Source of the DNA: an uncultured Gammaproteobacteria bacterium
GTDB taxonomy: Bacteria > Pseudomonadota > Gammaproteobacteria > JAKDMP01
Length of the DNA: 64,000 nucleotides
NCBI GenBank assembly: GCA_963843735.1
Contig: CAWJLN010000009.1
Coordinates: 104,182 to 168,181 of the forward strand
Direction: 5' to 3'
Positions 29,841 to 39,304 of the stretch are shown here, piece after piece (within the stretch, counting starts at the first letter, position 1; the number at the start of each line of letters is the position of its first letter). The notes under the pieces are model-generated. The model saw nothing but the letters and a program-made list of their open reading frames with translations. It had not been told where the DNA came from and searched no databases. A program made the translations under genes and the position numbers.

Positions 29841-31250
29841 TTACTCCTTGCCCGCCGGGCCGCGCAGACGAAACAGAAATTGGATGAGGCGCTTGCGGCT
29901 TGGCGTAAGCGCTGTTTTCAGGCGTTGGTCGGCGGCGAAGCGCAGTCCCTGCGCGCGCGTCGGGTAGGCATGAATCAGCCCCGAGAGACTGGAAAGTTTG
30001 CGTTTCGCGGCGATCGCGAGCGCGGCCTCGTGAATCAGTTCGCCCGCCGCTGCGCCGACAACGGTCGCGCCGAGCAAACGCCCACGCGGGCTCGCGACAA
30101 GTTTCACGAAACCCGCGGTTTCACCCTCGATGATCGCGCGATCCACGTCGGCAAACTCGGCGCGCCAAATCTGGTGGCGCAGACCCTGTTCCCGCGCCGC
30201 ACTTTCGCTCAACCCCGCTTCGGCAAGTTCGGGATCGGTATAGACCACCGCCGGCACCAGTGGGCTCTTGAAACGCGCGGGCAAATGAAACAGCGCGTTC
30301 TGCAGCACCACCCGCGCCTGATACTCGGCAAGATGCGTGAAGGCGGCGCCGGCCGCATCGCCCGCCGCGTAGATATGCTTTTGACTCGTGCGCAGCCGCG
30401 AATCGAGTACGAGCCGTCCCTTTTCGAGCGTGACGCCGGCGGCTTCGAGATTCAGATCGTCGAAGCTCGGGCGTCTTCCGGCAGCGACCAAGAAATGCGA
30501 ACCTTCGGCGCGGCCGCAGGTGCCATCCTCGCGCCGCCAGGCTAGCCACAATGCCCCCTCCGCACCGCCGGCCTGCTCGACACGCACGCCACTGAGAATC
30601 TCCACGCCGTCGCCCGCAAGTGCATCGCGCACCACGGCTGCGGCCTCGACGTCGGAACGCGGCAGGATTTCGGGCGCCATCTCCACGATCGTCACCCGGC
30701 TACCAAGCCGCCGAAAGGCCTGTGCAAGCTCCACGCCGATCGGCCCGCCGCCGAGCACGAGCAGCGCCGGCACCGGTTCGGCCAGCCCGAATATGTTTTC
30801 GTTGGTAAGCAGCGGCAGATCGTTCAGACCGGGAACCGGCGGAACGGCGGGACGCGAGCCGGTGGCGATCAGGAAGCGGCGCGACGACAGATTCCGCCCG
30901 TTCACTTCCACCGTGTGCGCAGCGCGGAAGCGCGCGCGCCCCACGATGACATCGACACCGAGCGAAGTCATGCGCTCGACGCTGTCGTGCGGCGCAATGG
31001 CGGCGATCGTATCGCGTACCTTTGCAAGCACGGCGGGCAAATCAGGCGGCGCCGATGAAACGGCGGCAAGCCGCGCGGCATGCAGCAGGGCCTTCGACGG
31101 TACGCAGCCGGTGTTCAGGCATTCGCCGCCCATGCGTCCGGACTCGATCAAGGCCACGCGCGCGCCGAGTTGCGCCGCGCCCGCCGCCGCGCTCAATCCC
31201 GCGGCGCCCGCCCCGATCACGACAAGATCGTATTCACCGTTGTGGCTCAA
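29841..31250 (-). CDS. Class I pyridine nucleotide-disulfide oxidoreductase (mercuric/dihydrolipoamide reductase-like)
   Basis: YDLVVIGAGAAGLSAA (FAD), redox-active GGECLNTGCVPSK, LLVLGGGPIGVELA (NAD), IYAAGD. The likely TTG start at 31250 is preceded by GGAGGA and overlaps the anti-sigma stop (TTGA). The 611-aa track ORF is an upstream over-extension. Confidence 0.8.
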   Translation of the reverse strand: MSHNGEYDLVVIGAGAAGLSAAAGAAQLGARVALIESGRMGGECLNTGCVPSKALLHAARLAAVSSAPPDLPAVLAKVRDTIAAIAPHDSVERMTSLGVDVIVGRARFRAAHTVEVNGRNLSSRRFLIATGSRPAVPPVPGLNDLPLLTNENIFGLAEPVPALLVLGGGPIGVELAQAFRRLGSRVTIVEMAPEILPRSDVEAAAVVRDALAGDGVEILSGVRVEQAGGAEGALWLAWRREDGTCGRAEGSHFLVAAGRRPSFDDLNLEAAGVTLEKGRLVLDSRLRTSQKHIYAAGDAAGAAFTHLAEYQARVVLQNALFHLPARFKSPLVPAVVYTDPELAEAGLSESAAREQGLRHQIWRAEFADVDRAIIEGETAGFVKLVASPRGRLLGATVVGAAAGELIHEAALAIAAKRKLSSLSGLIHAYPTRAQGLRFAADQRLKTALTPSRKRLIQFLFRLRGPAGKE

Positions 31251-31507
31251 GCCCGTCCTCCGCCGCCGGCCCGCGCCACACGCAAGCGCTCGACGATGCG
31301 TTCGCGTACCGCCGCATCGAGTCCTGCCGGAAGTTCCCCGCGGGCTTCGTTGTGAAGGCGCTCGTGCAGCCAGCGAAGTTGTGCCGCGTAGCGCCGGCAA
31401 GCGCCGCACATCAAAACGTGAAAGCGCAGCGCCCAGCCGCGGCGCAGGCCGAGCCGATGCTGCAATCGTTTGGAAATAAGCAGAGCCGCCTCTTCGCAGT
31501 TGATCAT
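31247..31507 (-). CDS. Small soluble zinc-finger (ZAS, HxxxCxxC) anti-sigma factor
   Basis: MINCEEAALLISKRL...RFHVLMCGACRRY contains H-x3-C-x2-C. There is no TM helix. Its ATG overlaps the sigma stop (ATGA). Confidence 0.65.
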   Translation of the reverse strand: MINCEEAALLISKRLQHRLGLRRGWALRFHVLMCGACRRYAAQLRWLHERLHNEARGELPAGLDAAVRERIVERLRVARAGGGGRA

Positions 31508-32142
31508 GCCGCCTCCTTCCGTTTCGCTCTCTCGCGACCCGTGTTCTTGCCGAACCAATGACGCTCCAGGCAGCCGCGCAGGCCCAGACGCGCACGGTGC
31601 AATCGCACCCAGACGTTCGTCGGGCTGATGCCGAGAACCTTACAGACTTCGTCCGTTTCCAATCCGTCCAGCTCAATCAGCCGGAAGGTCGTCTCGAGCG
31701 TGTCGGGCAACTTAGCAAGGCAATCCGCGAGGGTCGCCCAGAACTCGCTCTTTTCGGCATCTTCGTCGGGCCGCGCCCAGCGTTGCGGCGCGACCCGCCA
31801 GCGGCCGGAAGCATCGAAACTTTCCGCGGCTAAGGCATCCACCTGTTCGTCGGATTCGAGCGAAATCTCGCGTCCGCGCACGCGCAACCGATCTATTACC
31901 TTGTGCTTGAGAATGCCGAACAGCCACGCGCGTTCGCCGGACTCGCCGTGGTAACGTGCCTGCGCACCGAGTGCGGCGAGAAAGGTGTCCTGCACCGCGT
32001 CCTCGGCCTCCGCGCGAACACGCAGACGGGAAAACGCGAAGCCGAACAAGGCATCGCCATACGCCTCTACCCAGCGGGCAACGTCGAGCGTCTCGCCGCC
32101 GCCCGCGGATTCCCGGGACACCCCTCCGTCCGTTTGCCCCAT
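31504..32142 (-). CDS. ECF-type RNA polymerase sigma factor
   Basis: Region 2 (AEDAVQDTFLAAL...ERAWLFGILKHKVIDRLR) and region 4 (ETDEVCKVLGISPTNVWVRLHRARLGLR). Confidence 0.85.
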   Translation of the reverse strand: MGQTDGGVSRESAGGGETLDVARWVEAYGDALFGFAFSRLRVRAEAEDAVQDTFLAALGAQARYHGESGERAWLFGILKHKVIDRLRVRGREISLESDEQVDALAAESFDASGRWRVAPQRWARPDEDAEKSEFWATLADCLAKLPDTLETTFRLIELDGLETDEVCKVLGISPTNVWVRLHRARLGLRGCLERHWFGKNTGRERAKRKEAA

Positions 32143-32326
32143 CCCGGTCCCATCTGAAATCCAGTGATCATCATAGTGCAGCTAGTGCGGCGTGCCCGCA
32201 GCCGTACGTCTTCCCGCCTTCCCGGCCGCCGATCGCGGGGCCGACCCCGGTGTAAGGATCGCCTTCTTTCTTCGACTTCCCCCTGTGGAGAAGACTCCCA
32301 CGCAATTCACCAACGAGGAGTAAATC

Positions 32327-33352
32327 ATGTCGAGACACAGCGTAATTTCCGTATTGGCGTGCGCGGCCCTGGGCGTGCTGACGCTCGGATCGGCCCGGGC
32401 ACAAGACCAGAACATGCAGCAGAACAAGATGCAGGCGATGCATCAAAAGCAGATGCAAATGATGCAGCAATTCGAGGCCATGGGGCCCTGGCGGGGCTAC
32501 CTGGAGGCGCACGACGGCGTACGCAATCCGATGCCGTTGCTCGGCGGACCGATCAAAATCAGCGTCATGCAGGATGGCGGCGGCGTTTTCGTCGCTTTGC
32601 CGGCACACCGCAACCTGGATCCCACCGTTTTCGGCACCCCTGATCATCCGCGTGCCTTCGGCGGTTTTCCGATCGTGGAAGGCGTGCCCTATCCGCTGCG
32701 CGGCATGGAGAACGGCCGATACACAAATTTAATGAAGCTCTCGCCCTTCGGCGACAAATTCATGGTGCTTCCCGACGGACATCTGAGCCTCGAAGCCATG
32801 GACGTCACGGCGACGGATGCCGCAACGACCAAGGACTCCGTCAAGCTCGATGCGACCTGGAAAGACAAGGCGGGCAACAGCTACGAGGTGCGATGCTGCA
32901 AGATGATGGCGGCGCACGACGCGGACTACCCGACCTTCGGCGGCGTAGCAACCAACGTCATTCTGCACGGATCGAGCCGCATCGGCACGCCGCTCATGCC
33001 CACCGAATTTACGTTCGTGGACTTCTGGGGCATGGGCGAGGTACTCAAGAACGGCAAGGTGCTCCAGGCGCCACGGTTGGTGCACGGCATGCTCACCGAG
33101 TACGTGCGCACAGCAGGCTACAAGCTCGGCTTCGACAAGGACGTGACGCCGACCAAGGTGCAGTTCCATCTGATACTGCCGCCGGTGATGCCGGAACTCG
33201 CCAAAGGGACCTTCAAGCCCGATCCGGTGGATACCGGCTTCAAGCTGCCGAACGGCATGACGCTGCCCTTCTGGCACGTGATGTTCGAGAACCTGACCGT
33301 GACCGCCTCGCGTACCGAGCCGAGCCAGCAGTTCTGGCCGCCCAAGGGATGA
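32327..33352 (+). CDS. Secreted protein of unknown family with a Met/Gln-rich N-terminal tract
   Basis: GAGGAG lies 7 nt before the ATG. Signal peptide ...GSARA, followed by QDQNMQQNKMQAMHQKQMQMMQQFEAMG. The remaining roughly 290 aa contain no motif I recognise. Confidence 0.6.
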   Translation: MSRHSVISVLACAALGVLTLGSARAQDQNMQQNKMQAMHQKQMQMMQQFEAMGPWRGYLEAHDGVRNPMPLLGGPIKISVMQDGGGVFVALPAHRNLDPTVFGTPDHPRAFGGFPIVEGVPYPLRGMENGRYTNLMKLSPFGDKFMVLPDGHLSLEAMDVTATDAATTKDSVKLDATWKDKAGNSYEVRCCKMMAAHDADYPTFGGVATNVILHGSSRIGTPLMPTEFTFVDFWGMGEVLKNGKVLQAPRLVHGMLTEYVRTAGYKLGFDKDVTPTKVQFHLILPPVMPELAKGTFKPDPVDTGFKLPNGMTLPFWHVMFENLTVTASRTEPSQQFWPPKG

Positions 33353-33359
33353 GGAGACG

Positions 33360-33758
33360 ATGATGAAGCTGCCAAAAAGACGCAGGCTGGCAGCGGCGAT
33401 TCTCGGTTCGGCGGGCGTAATGCTCGGCGCATCGGGATACACCGCCACCGCCACGGTCGGGATGACCAATACGCTCAGATTCACGCCGCCAACGCTCACG
33501 GTTCACGTCGGCGATACCGTGGTGTGGAAAAACGACTCGGCACTCGCGCACACGGTCACCGACGTGCCCAAACTCGCGAGCACGGCGAGCGATGCAAGCT
33601 TGCCGATGGGAGCCAAGCCCTTCAATTCGGGCTACCTCAATCCCGGCAAGAGTTACGTGCATACGTTTACCGTACCCGGCACCTACCGTTACTTCTGCAT
33701 TCCGCATGAGGCGACCGGCATGGTGGGCACAGTAATCGTCGAACCTGCCGGGCATTGA
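33360..33758 (+). CDS. Type-1 copper cupredoxin (plastocyanin/pseudoazurin-like)
   Basis: Signal peptide with KRRRL. Copper ligands are present: His in ALAHTV and the C-x2-H-x4-M motif in YFCIPHEATGM. It starts 7 nt after the previous stop. Confidence 0.8.
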   Translation: MMKLPKRRRLAAAILGSAGVMLGASGYTATATVGMTNTLRFTPPTLTVHVGDTVVWKNDSALAHTVTDVPKLASTASDASLPMGAKPFNSGYLNPGKSYVHTFTVPGTYRYFCIPHEATGMVGTVIVEPAGH

Positions 33759-33837
33759 ACCGCGACTGAGTCAAAATCGGCGGGCGGGACAATGCGGCAT
33801 GCGAGGACTGCTTTGCTGCGTGTGAAGGCGTGCGGAG

Positions 33838-35226
33838 CTACTCCGGTTCGGCCAGACTCTCGAGCGTGCGGCCGCGCGCTTCGGGACCGTATGCGATCCA
33901 CGGCAGCATGGCGGCGACGCCGATCAGATAGAAAAGTCCGGCAATAACGAGCGCCGCCGTCACCGAATAGCGTCCCGCCACGAAGATCAACAGCGGCGGC
34001 GACAAGCCGGCGGCGACCCGTCCTGCGGCCACCGAGACGCCGATGCCGGTGGCACGGCTGCGCGTCGGGAAAATCTCCGTGAAGGCGGGATAGGCGGCGA
34101 CCCAGCTTCCGGTCCCGGCCGCGCTGGCGAGCACGTAGGCCGCAAGCGTCGCTGCCGGGCCGGCAACCAGGGCGACCGCAACGAGCCCCATGGCCAGTGC
34201 GGCAGCGATATAGAAACCGGTAACGGTACGCTTGCGTCCGACGCGCTCGATCAACCACGCCGCCACTAATGCGCCGGCCAGCGCGCCGCCGCCGCCGACC
34301 AGGTAGAACAAGGGCGTTCCCGCAAAGCTCAGGTGCAGCGCCGGAATGATGGCGAGCGGGATCAAGGCAAACAGTCCGTAGTAGCCCGCGGCCTCGGAGA
34401 CGTCGAGCGCGGCGCCGAGCGCGAGTCGCGCGGGATACTTCCGCCACAGCATCCTGAATTCCGCGAACCAGTCGCGTGCGGCGCGTGGCGTCTGTGGCGC
34501 ATGGCGCCACGGTGCGGCTTTTGCATTTCCGGCCATGCGCACCAGGGCCGCCTGCGCTTCCGCCTCGCGGCCGCGACTCATCAGCCAGCGCGGTGATTCC
34601 GGCAGCGTGCGCCGCGCCCACAGGGCGAAAATCGCGACGATGGCACCGCTACCGAAGACGATCCGCCATGCAAGATGCGGCGGTACGACCGCAAGAACGC
34701 CGAGCGTAAGGCCACCGCCGAGCAAAGCACCCACTGGCCAGAAACTCATCACCAGCGCCGCGGCACGGCCCCGCCACCGTGCGGGCACCAGTTCGGAGAC
34801 TGCGGCGTTCACGGCCGAATATTCCGCGCCGACGCCGATCGCGGCAACGATGCGCAAGGCGAGAAACATCCAGAAGTTGACCGAGAAGGCGGCGGCGAAG
34901 GTGGCCGTCGCGTAAAGAACGAGCGTCAGGATGAACAAGCGCCGGCGTCCGAAACCGTCGGCCAGCCAGCCGAACGCGAGCGCGCCGACCAGTATGCCGG
35001 CGAGCCATAGCGAAATCGTGAGCGTACTTTCGAGCGCACCCAGCGACCACTGTTCGCGCAGGATCGGCAAGACGTTGCCGACCAGCGTGACCTCGAAGGC
35101 GTCGAGCATCCAACCGAGCCCGAGCGCGAGCAGAATGCGGGTATGAATCGGACGCCAGTCGCCCGCGTCCATGGCATGAATAGCTGCGGCAGCCGTTGTG
35201 TCGGCATTGTTGACCCGGACTGTCAT
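33838..35226 (-). CDS. MFS transporter (sugar-porter-like subfamily)
   Basis: 462 aa with 12 predicted helices and the loop 2-3 motif GWLADGFGRRRLF. Confidence 0.85.
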   Translation of the reverse strand: MTVRVNNADTTAAAAIHAMDAGDWRPIHTRILLALGLGWMLDAFEVTLVGNVLPILREQWSLGALESTLTISLWLAGILVGALAFGWLADGFGRRRLFILTLVLYATATFAAAFSVNFWMFLALRIVAAIGVGAEYSAVNAAVSELVPARWRGRAAALVMSFWPVGALLGGGLTLGVLAVVPPHLAWRIVFGSGAIVAIFALWARRTLPESPRWLMSRGREAEAQAALVRMAGNAKAAPWRHAPQTPRAARDWFAEFRMLWRKYPARLALGAALDVSEAAGYYGLFALIPLAIIPALHLSFAGTPLFYLVGGGGALAGALVAAWLIERVGRKRTVTGFYIAAALAMGLVAVALVAGPAATLAAYVLASAAGTGSWVAAYPAFTEIFPTRSRATGIGVSVAAGRVAAGLSPPLLIFVAGRYSVTAALVIAGLFYLIGVAAMLPWIAYGPEARGRTLESLAEPE

Positions 35227-35419
35227 AGTTGCCTCTGGCGGTCGTTACTGGATGTCCAGACTTGCACGAATTCCATGGTCGTCTTGAAATTCAGCGAAAG
35301 AATGTACTCTTGAGAATCGACGACGGCAAACAGGATCCTGAATAATCCGTACGCCGCCGGGATCAGGTCGGCAAAACGCGCGAATCCTTACAGTGAAGTC
35401 GGCAGCCTGTCGGTCACGA

Positions 35420-37210
35420 TCAAAAGGCCGGAGCGGATTGCCTGGCGTCTTTTGTCTGCCGTTCCCGGTCTTCGGCCTGCTGCAAATCCCACAGGCGCGC
35501 GTAAAGACCGCGCTCTCTCAGCAACTCGCGGTGCGTGCCGCGCTCCACGATGCGGCCCGCGTCCAGCACCATGATCTCGTCGGCGTCCACGATGGTCGAG
35601 AGCCTGTGGGCGATCACGAGACTGGTGCGCCGCTCGGCAAGCGTGCGCATCGCGGCGAGGATCGCTTGTTCGGCGCCGGAGTCGAGGCTCGAAGTCGCCT
35701 CGTCGAAAACCAGGATGGGCGGATTCTTGAGGATCGCACGCGCGATCGCGACGCGCTGTTTCTCGCCGCCGGAAAGCTTCAGTCCGCGCTCGCCGACGAG
35801 CGTGTCGTATTTCTGCGGCAAGGACTCGATGAAGGATTTGAGATTCGCAAACTCCGCCGCGCGTGCGATCTCGTTCTCGTTCGCATCCGGGCGGCCATAG
35901 GCGATGTTGTAGCCAATCGTGTCGTTGAACAGCACCGTGTCCTGCGGCACAATGCCGATCAAGCGGCGGAGGCTCTCGCGGGTGACGTCGCGGATGTCTT
36001 CGTCGTCCACGAGTATGCGCCCTTCGTTTGCATCGTAGAAGCGAAAGAGCAGACGCGCGAGCGTGGACTTGCCCGCGCCGCTCGGGCCGACCACCGCGAC
36101 CTTCGCACCTGCGGGCACCGTGAAGCTCACGCCGCGCAGGATTTCGCGATCCGGCCCGTAGCCAAAACGCAGGTTCTCAAAGCGCAACTCGCCACGCGGC
36201 GCCACAAGTACCGAGGCATCAGGTTTGTCTGCGATCTGCGTGTTGCGGTCGAGCAGCGCGAACATCCGTTCCATGTCCACAAACGCCTGCTTCATCTGGC
36301 GATACACGAAACCGAGGAAATTAAGCGGCAGGAACAGCTGCACCATATATGCGTTGACCATGACGAAATCGCCCACCGTCATGCGGCCGTGCACCACTTC
36401 GTAGCCCGCGAGCAGCATCATGGCGGTAACGCCTAGCGCGATGATGAGCGCCTGACCGGCATTGAGCGTCGAAAGCGAATACTGGGTTCGCAGCGCCTCC
36501 TTTTCCCAGGCCGCCATCTGCATGTCGTAACGCCCGGCCTCGTATTCCTCGTTGGTGAAATACTTCACCGTCTCGTAATTGATGAGGCTGTCTATCGCGC
36601 GCGTATTGGCCTTCGAGTCCAACTCGTTCATGCGCCGCACGTGGCGCACGCGCCACTCGGTGACGGCGATCGAAAACGCGATAAAGAGGATCACCGCAAC
36701 CAGGATGATCACCGCGAACCACACGGAAAAGTTCCACAGGAGGATGCCGGTAACGAGCCCGATTTCGAGCAAAGTCGGCAGAATATTGAACAGCATGAAA
36801 CTCAGCACGAAGTTGATGCCGCGCGTACCGCGTTCGATGTCGCGCGAAAGCCCGCCGGTCTGGCGCTCCAGATGAAAGGCGAGGTCGAGATCGTGCAGAT
36901 GCCGGAACACCTTGAGCGCGATGCGACGCACCGCACGAAGCGCCGCGAACTCGAACACCAGATCGCGCAATTCGCCGAATAGCGTCGCGGCAAAGCGCAG
37001 TGCGCCGTAGGCGATCAGCAACGCGAGCGGCAGTACGAGCGCTGCGTGCTGTACGTTGAGCGCATCCACGATGTGCTTCAGGGCCATCGGGATCGCGACC
37101 GTAGCGAGCTTGGCCACGACCAAAAAGCCGAGCGCGACGAACGCCCGCCCGCGGAACTCCCACAGGAAGGGAAGCAGATTGCGCCAGGTAGTGCTGCTTT
37201 TCCGAGTCAT
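35420..37210 (-). CDS. ABCB half-transporter (fused permease + ATPase), Atm1/heavy-metal-exporter-like
   Basis: N-terminal six-helix domain, Walker A GPSGAGKST, signature LSGGEKQR, Walker B ILVFDEATS. The likely start is MTRKSSTTW at 37210. Confidence 0.85.
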   Translation of the reverse strand: MTRKSSTTWRNLLPFLWEFRGRAFVALGFLVVAKLATVAIPMALKHIVDALNVQHAALVLPLALLIAYGALRFAATLFGELRDLVFEFAALRAVRRIALKVFRHLHDLDLAFHLERQTGGLSRDIERGTRGINFVLSFMLFNILPTLLEIGLVTGILLWNFSVWFAVIILVAVILFIAFSIAVTEWRVRHVRRMNELDSKANTRAIDSLINYETVKYFTNEEYEAGRYDMQMAAWEKEALRTQYSLSTLNAGQALIIALGVTAMMLLAGYEVVHGRMTVGDFVMVNAYMVQLFLPLNFLGFVYRQMKQAFVDMERMFALLDRNTQIADKPDASVLVAPRGELRFENLRFGYGPDREILRGVSFTVPAGAKVAVVGPSGAGKSTLARLLFRFYDANEGRILVDDEDIRDVTRESLRRLIGIVPQDTVLFNDTIGYNIAYGRPDANENEIARAAEFANLKSFIESLPQKYDTLVGERGLKLSGGEKQRVAIARAILKNPPILVFDEATSSLDSGAEQAILAAMRTLAERRTSLVIAHRLSTIVDADEIMVLDAGRIVERGTHRELLRERGLYARLWDLQQAEDRERQTKDARQSAPAF

Positions 37211-37361
37211 TGTTCCATCTTCCCTGCAATTACTCCGCATGACAGCACATGGGCATCTCTATCGAAAATTTTTCCGTCGTTTCCCGGTGCGTCCGCGCGA
37301 GTATAACGAACAGATTAGGGAGCCACTGATTTATTCCGTCATGCTGACGAAAGTCGGCTTC

Positions 37362-37394
37362 CAGAAAAAAAGAATCCCGGCCCATGGCCGGGAT
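37362..37394 (-). terminator. Rho-independent terminator downstream of the GST gene
   Basis: On the minus strand, a 9-bp perfect stem ATCCCGGCC/GGCCGGGAT with a 3-nt loop (37374-37394) is followed by TC then T7 (37371-37365). It lies about 45 nt after the GST stop. Confidence 0.7.
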
Positions 37395-37438
37395 ACAATG
37401 TCTTACTGGGCCCGGCTTTCGCCGGGGTGACGATATGT

Positions 37439-38050
37439 TCAGTTGAGTCCTTCTTCCTGCAGCACCTTCTTGACTGCCGCATCGGCGTGCATGCGCTGGA
37501 AGAAGCGTTCGAGGTTATCCAGACCGGAAAGGTCAACCATCATCCCCTTCGCCCAGCGCAGAATCACGAACAGGTACGGATCGGCGATCGAGCGCGCGCC
37601 GGCGATCCAGTCGCGACCTTCGAGTTGTTTGTCGGCCTGTTCCAGACGCTGGCGAATCGTTTTCTTCGCTTGTTCCTTGGTCTTCTCGATGACTGTCTTG
37701 TCGCCGAGATAGGCGGTCGCACCAAACAGTGGCCCGAAGGCGGGATGCACATCGGAATTGACGATGCCCAGCCAGCGGTTCACCTCGGCGCGGCCCTTCG
37801 GGGTACCGTCGCCGGCGAGTTTCGCTTCGGGAAATGCGTCGGCCAGATAATTAAGGATGGCCGAGTTCTGCGTCAGTATCCAGCCGTCCTTCTCGAAGGC
37901 CGGCACCGCGCCGGCGGGATTGATCTTGAGGTAGGCGTCTTTCTTCAACTCGTCATGGCTGAGCTTTTGCGTGTCGTAGGGTTGTCCTATCCATTCCAGC
38001 GTGATGTGATCGGCGAGCGAACAGGCGCCCGGAGAGTAATACAGTTTCAT
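37439..38050 (-). CDS. Glutathione S-transferase (beta-class-like)
   Basis: MKLYYSPGACSLADHITLEW N-terminus, 203 aa, GST N- and C-domain pattern. Confidence 0.85.
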   Translation of the reverse strand: MKLYYSPGACSLADHITLEWIGQPYDTQKLSHDELKKDAYLKINPAGAVPAFEKDGWILTQNSAILNYLADAFPEAKLAGDGTPKGRAEVNRWLGIVNSDVHPAFGPLFGATAYLGDKTVIEKTKEQAKKTIRQRLEQADKQLEGRDWIAGARSIADPYLFVILRWAKGMMVDLSGLDNLERFFQRMHADAAVKKVLQEEGLN

Positions 38051-38109
38051 AACAATGTCTCCTTGTGTTTACGTGAATACATGAGATTCGGCAAAGTCCG
38101 GCGAACCGC

Positions 38110-39208
38110 TCAGGCGGCCTCGGCGCGCTGCATGGGATAGTCCACGTAGCCGCGCGCGCCTCCCTGGTAGAAGGTCGCCGGGTCCGGCGAGGCGAGCGGT
38201 GCGGCGAGGCGAAAACGCAGCGGCAGTATCCGGGTTGGCGATGAACGGCTTGCCATAGGCGACGAGGTCCGCCTCGCCGCGGGCGATCGCCGCATTGCCG
38301 CGTTCGCGGTCGTAGCCGTTGTTGGTAATCAGCGTGCCGCCATACACCGTGCGGTAATGCGCGGTTACATCCGCAACCACGTTCGGAATGTCCAGGACTC
38401 CATCCGCCTCGCGAAGATGCAGATATGCAAGACGGTAGCCGCCGAGCACGCCGATGACGAAGTCGTAAAGCGCCGCGGTGTCGCTGTCGGCAGGAATGTT
38501 GCCGACGTTCGCGGGCGAGAGCCGCACGCCGACCCGCTCGCGACCGATCGCGTTCGAAACCCCTTCCACGATCTCGAACAGGAAGCGCGCGCGGTTGGCG
38601 ATGCTGCCACCATATCTGTCGCTGCGGCGATTGGTCGAATCGCGCAGGAACTGCTCGACCAGATAGCCGTTCGCGCCGTGAATTTCCACGCCGTCGAATC
38701 CGGCTTCGATTGCGTTTTTCGCACCCTGCACGAAGTCTGAAACCACCGCACGCACCTCACGGGTCGAGAGCGCGCGCGGCGCGACGGTTTCCTTCTGCCC
38801 CGAGGGCGTGAACACTTTGACGTTCGGGTTGACGGCCGAAGGCGCCACGGGCAATTCGCCGTCATGAAAATCCGGATGCGAGATGCGCCCCACGTGCCAG
38901 AGCTGAAGAAAGATATGACCGTCGCGCGCATGCACGGCATCTGCGACCTGCTTCCAGCCGCGGATTTGCGCCGCGGAATGGATGCCGGGCGTGTTGACAT
39001 AACCCACACCCTGCGGCGAAACCTGACTTCCCTCGGTGATGATGAGTCCGGCATCGGCACGCTGCGCATAGTATTCGGCGTGCAGCGCCGTCGGCACGCG
39101 CTCGGGATTATCCGCACGGGCGCGCGTCATCGGCGCCATCACCACGCGGTTCGGCAAGGTGTACGGTCCCAACTTTACCGGGGTCAGCAACGGCTGTCGT
39201 TCGTCCAT
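38110..39208 (-). CDS. Old Yellow Enzyme family NADH:flavin oxidoreductase (N-ethylmaleimide reductase-like), one frame disruption near 38227
   Basis: LPNRVVMAPMTR, HGANGYLVEQFL, SNRRSDRYGGS. The C-terminus PLRFRLAAPLASPDPATFYQGGARGYVDYP continues in ORF 38110-38295. The ATG at 39208 is preceded by AAGGAG. Confidence 0.8.
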
Positions 39209-39304
39209 CAGTGCTCTCCTTTCTTCATTCAACGAATCTGTAGCGTATTGAAATATCGGCGAATTTCGATATTAACGGTCGAAAAAGCCGCGCCACGGCA
39301 GCGC

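Noticed and set aside
28200-30545. 781-aa plus-strand ORF, the longest in the window.
   Set aside because: It runs antisense across three well-supported minus-strand genes (FNR, ArsS-like, disulfide reductase). The sequence is Arg/Ala/Gly-rich with no motifs. It is the usual stop-codon-poor antisense frame of a 65% GC genome.
29841-31676. 611-aa version of the oxidoreductase ORF.
   Set aside because: The first roughly 140 residues are Arg-rich and overlap the anti-sigma and sigma genes in another frame. The FAD-binding motif begins right after a TTG at 31250 that has a GGAGGA Shine-Dalgarno sequence.
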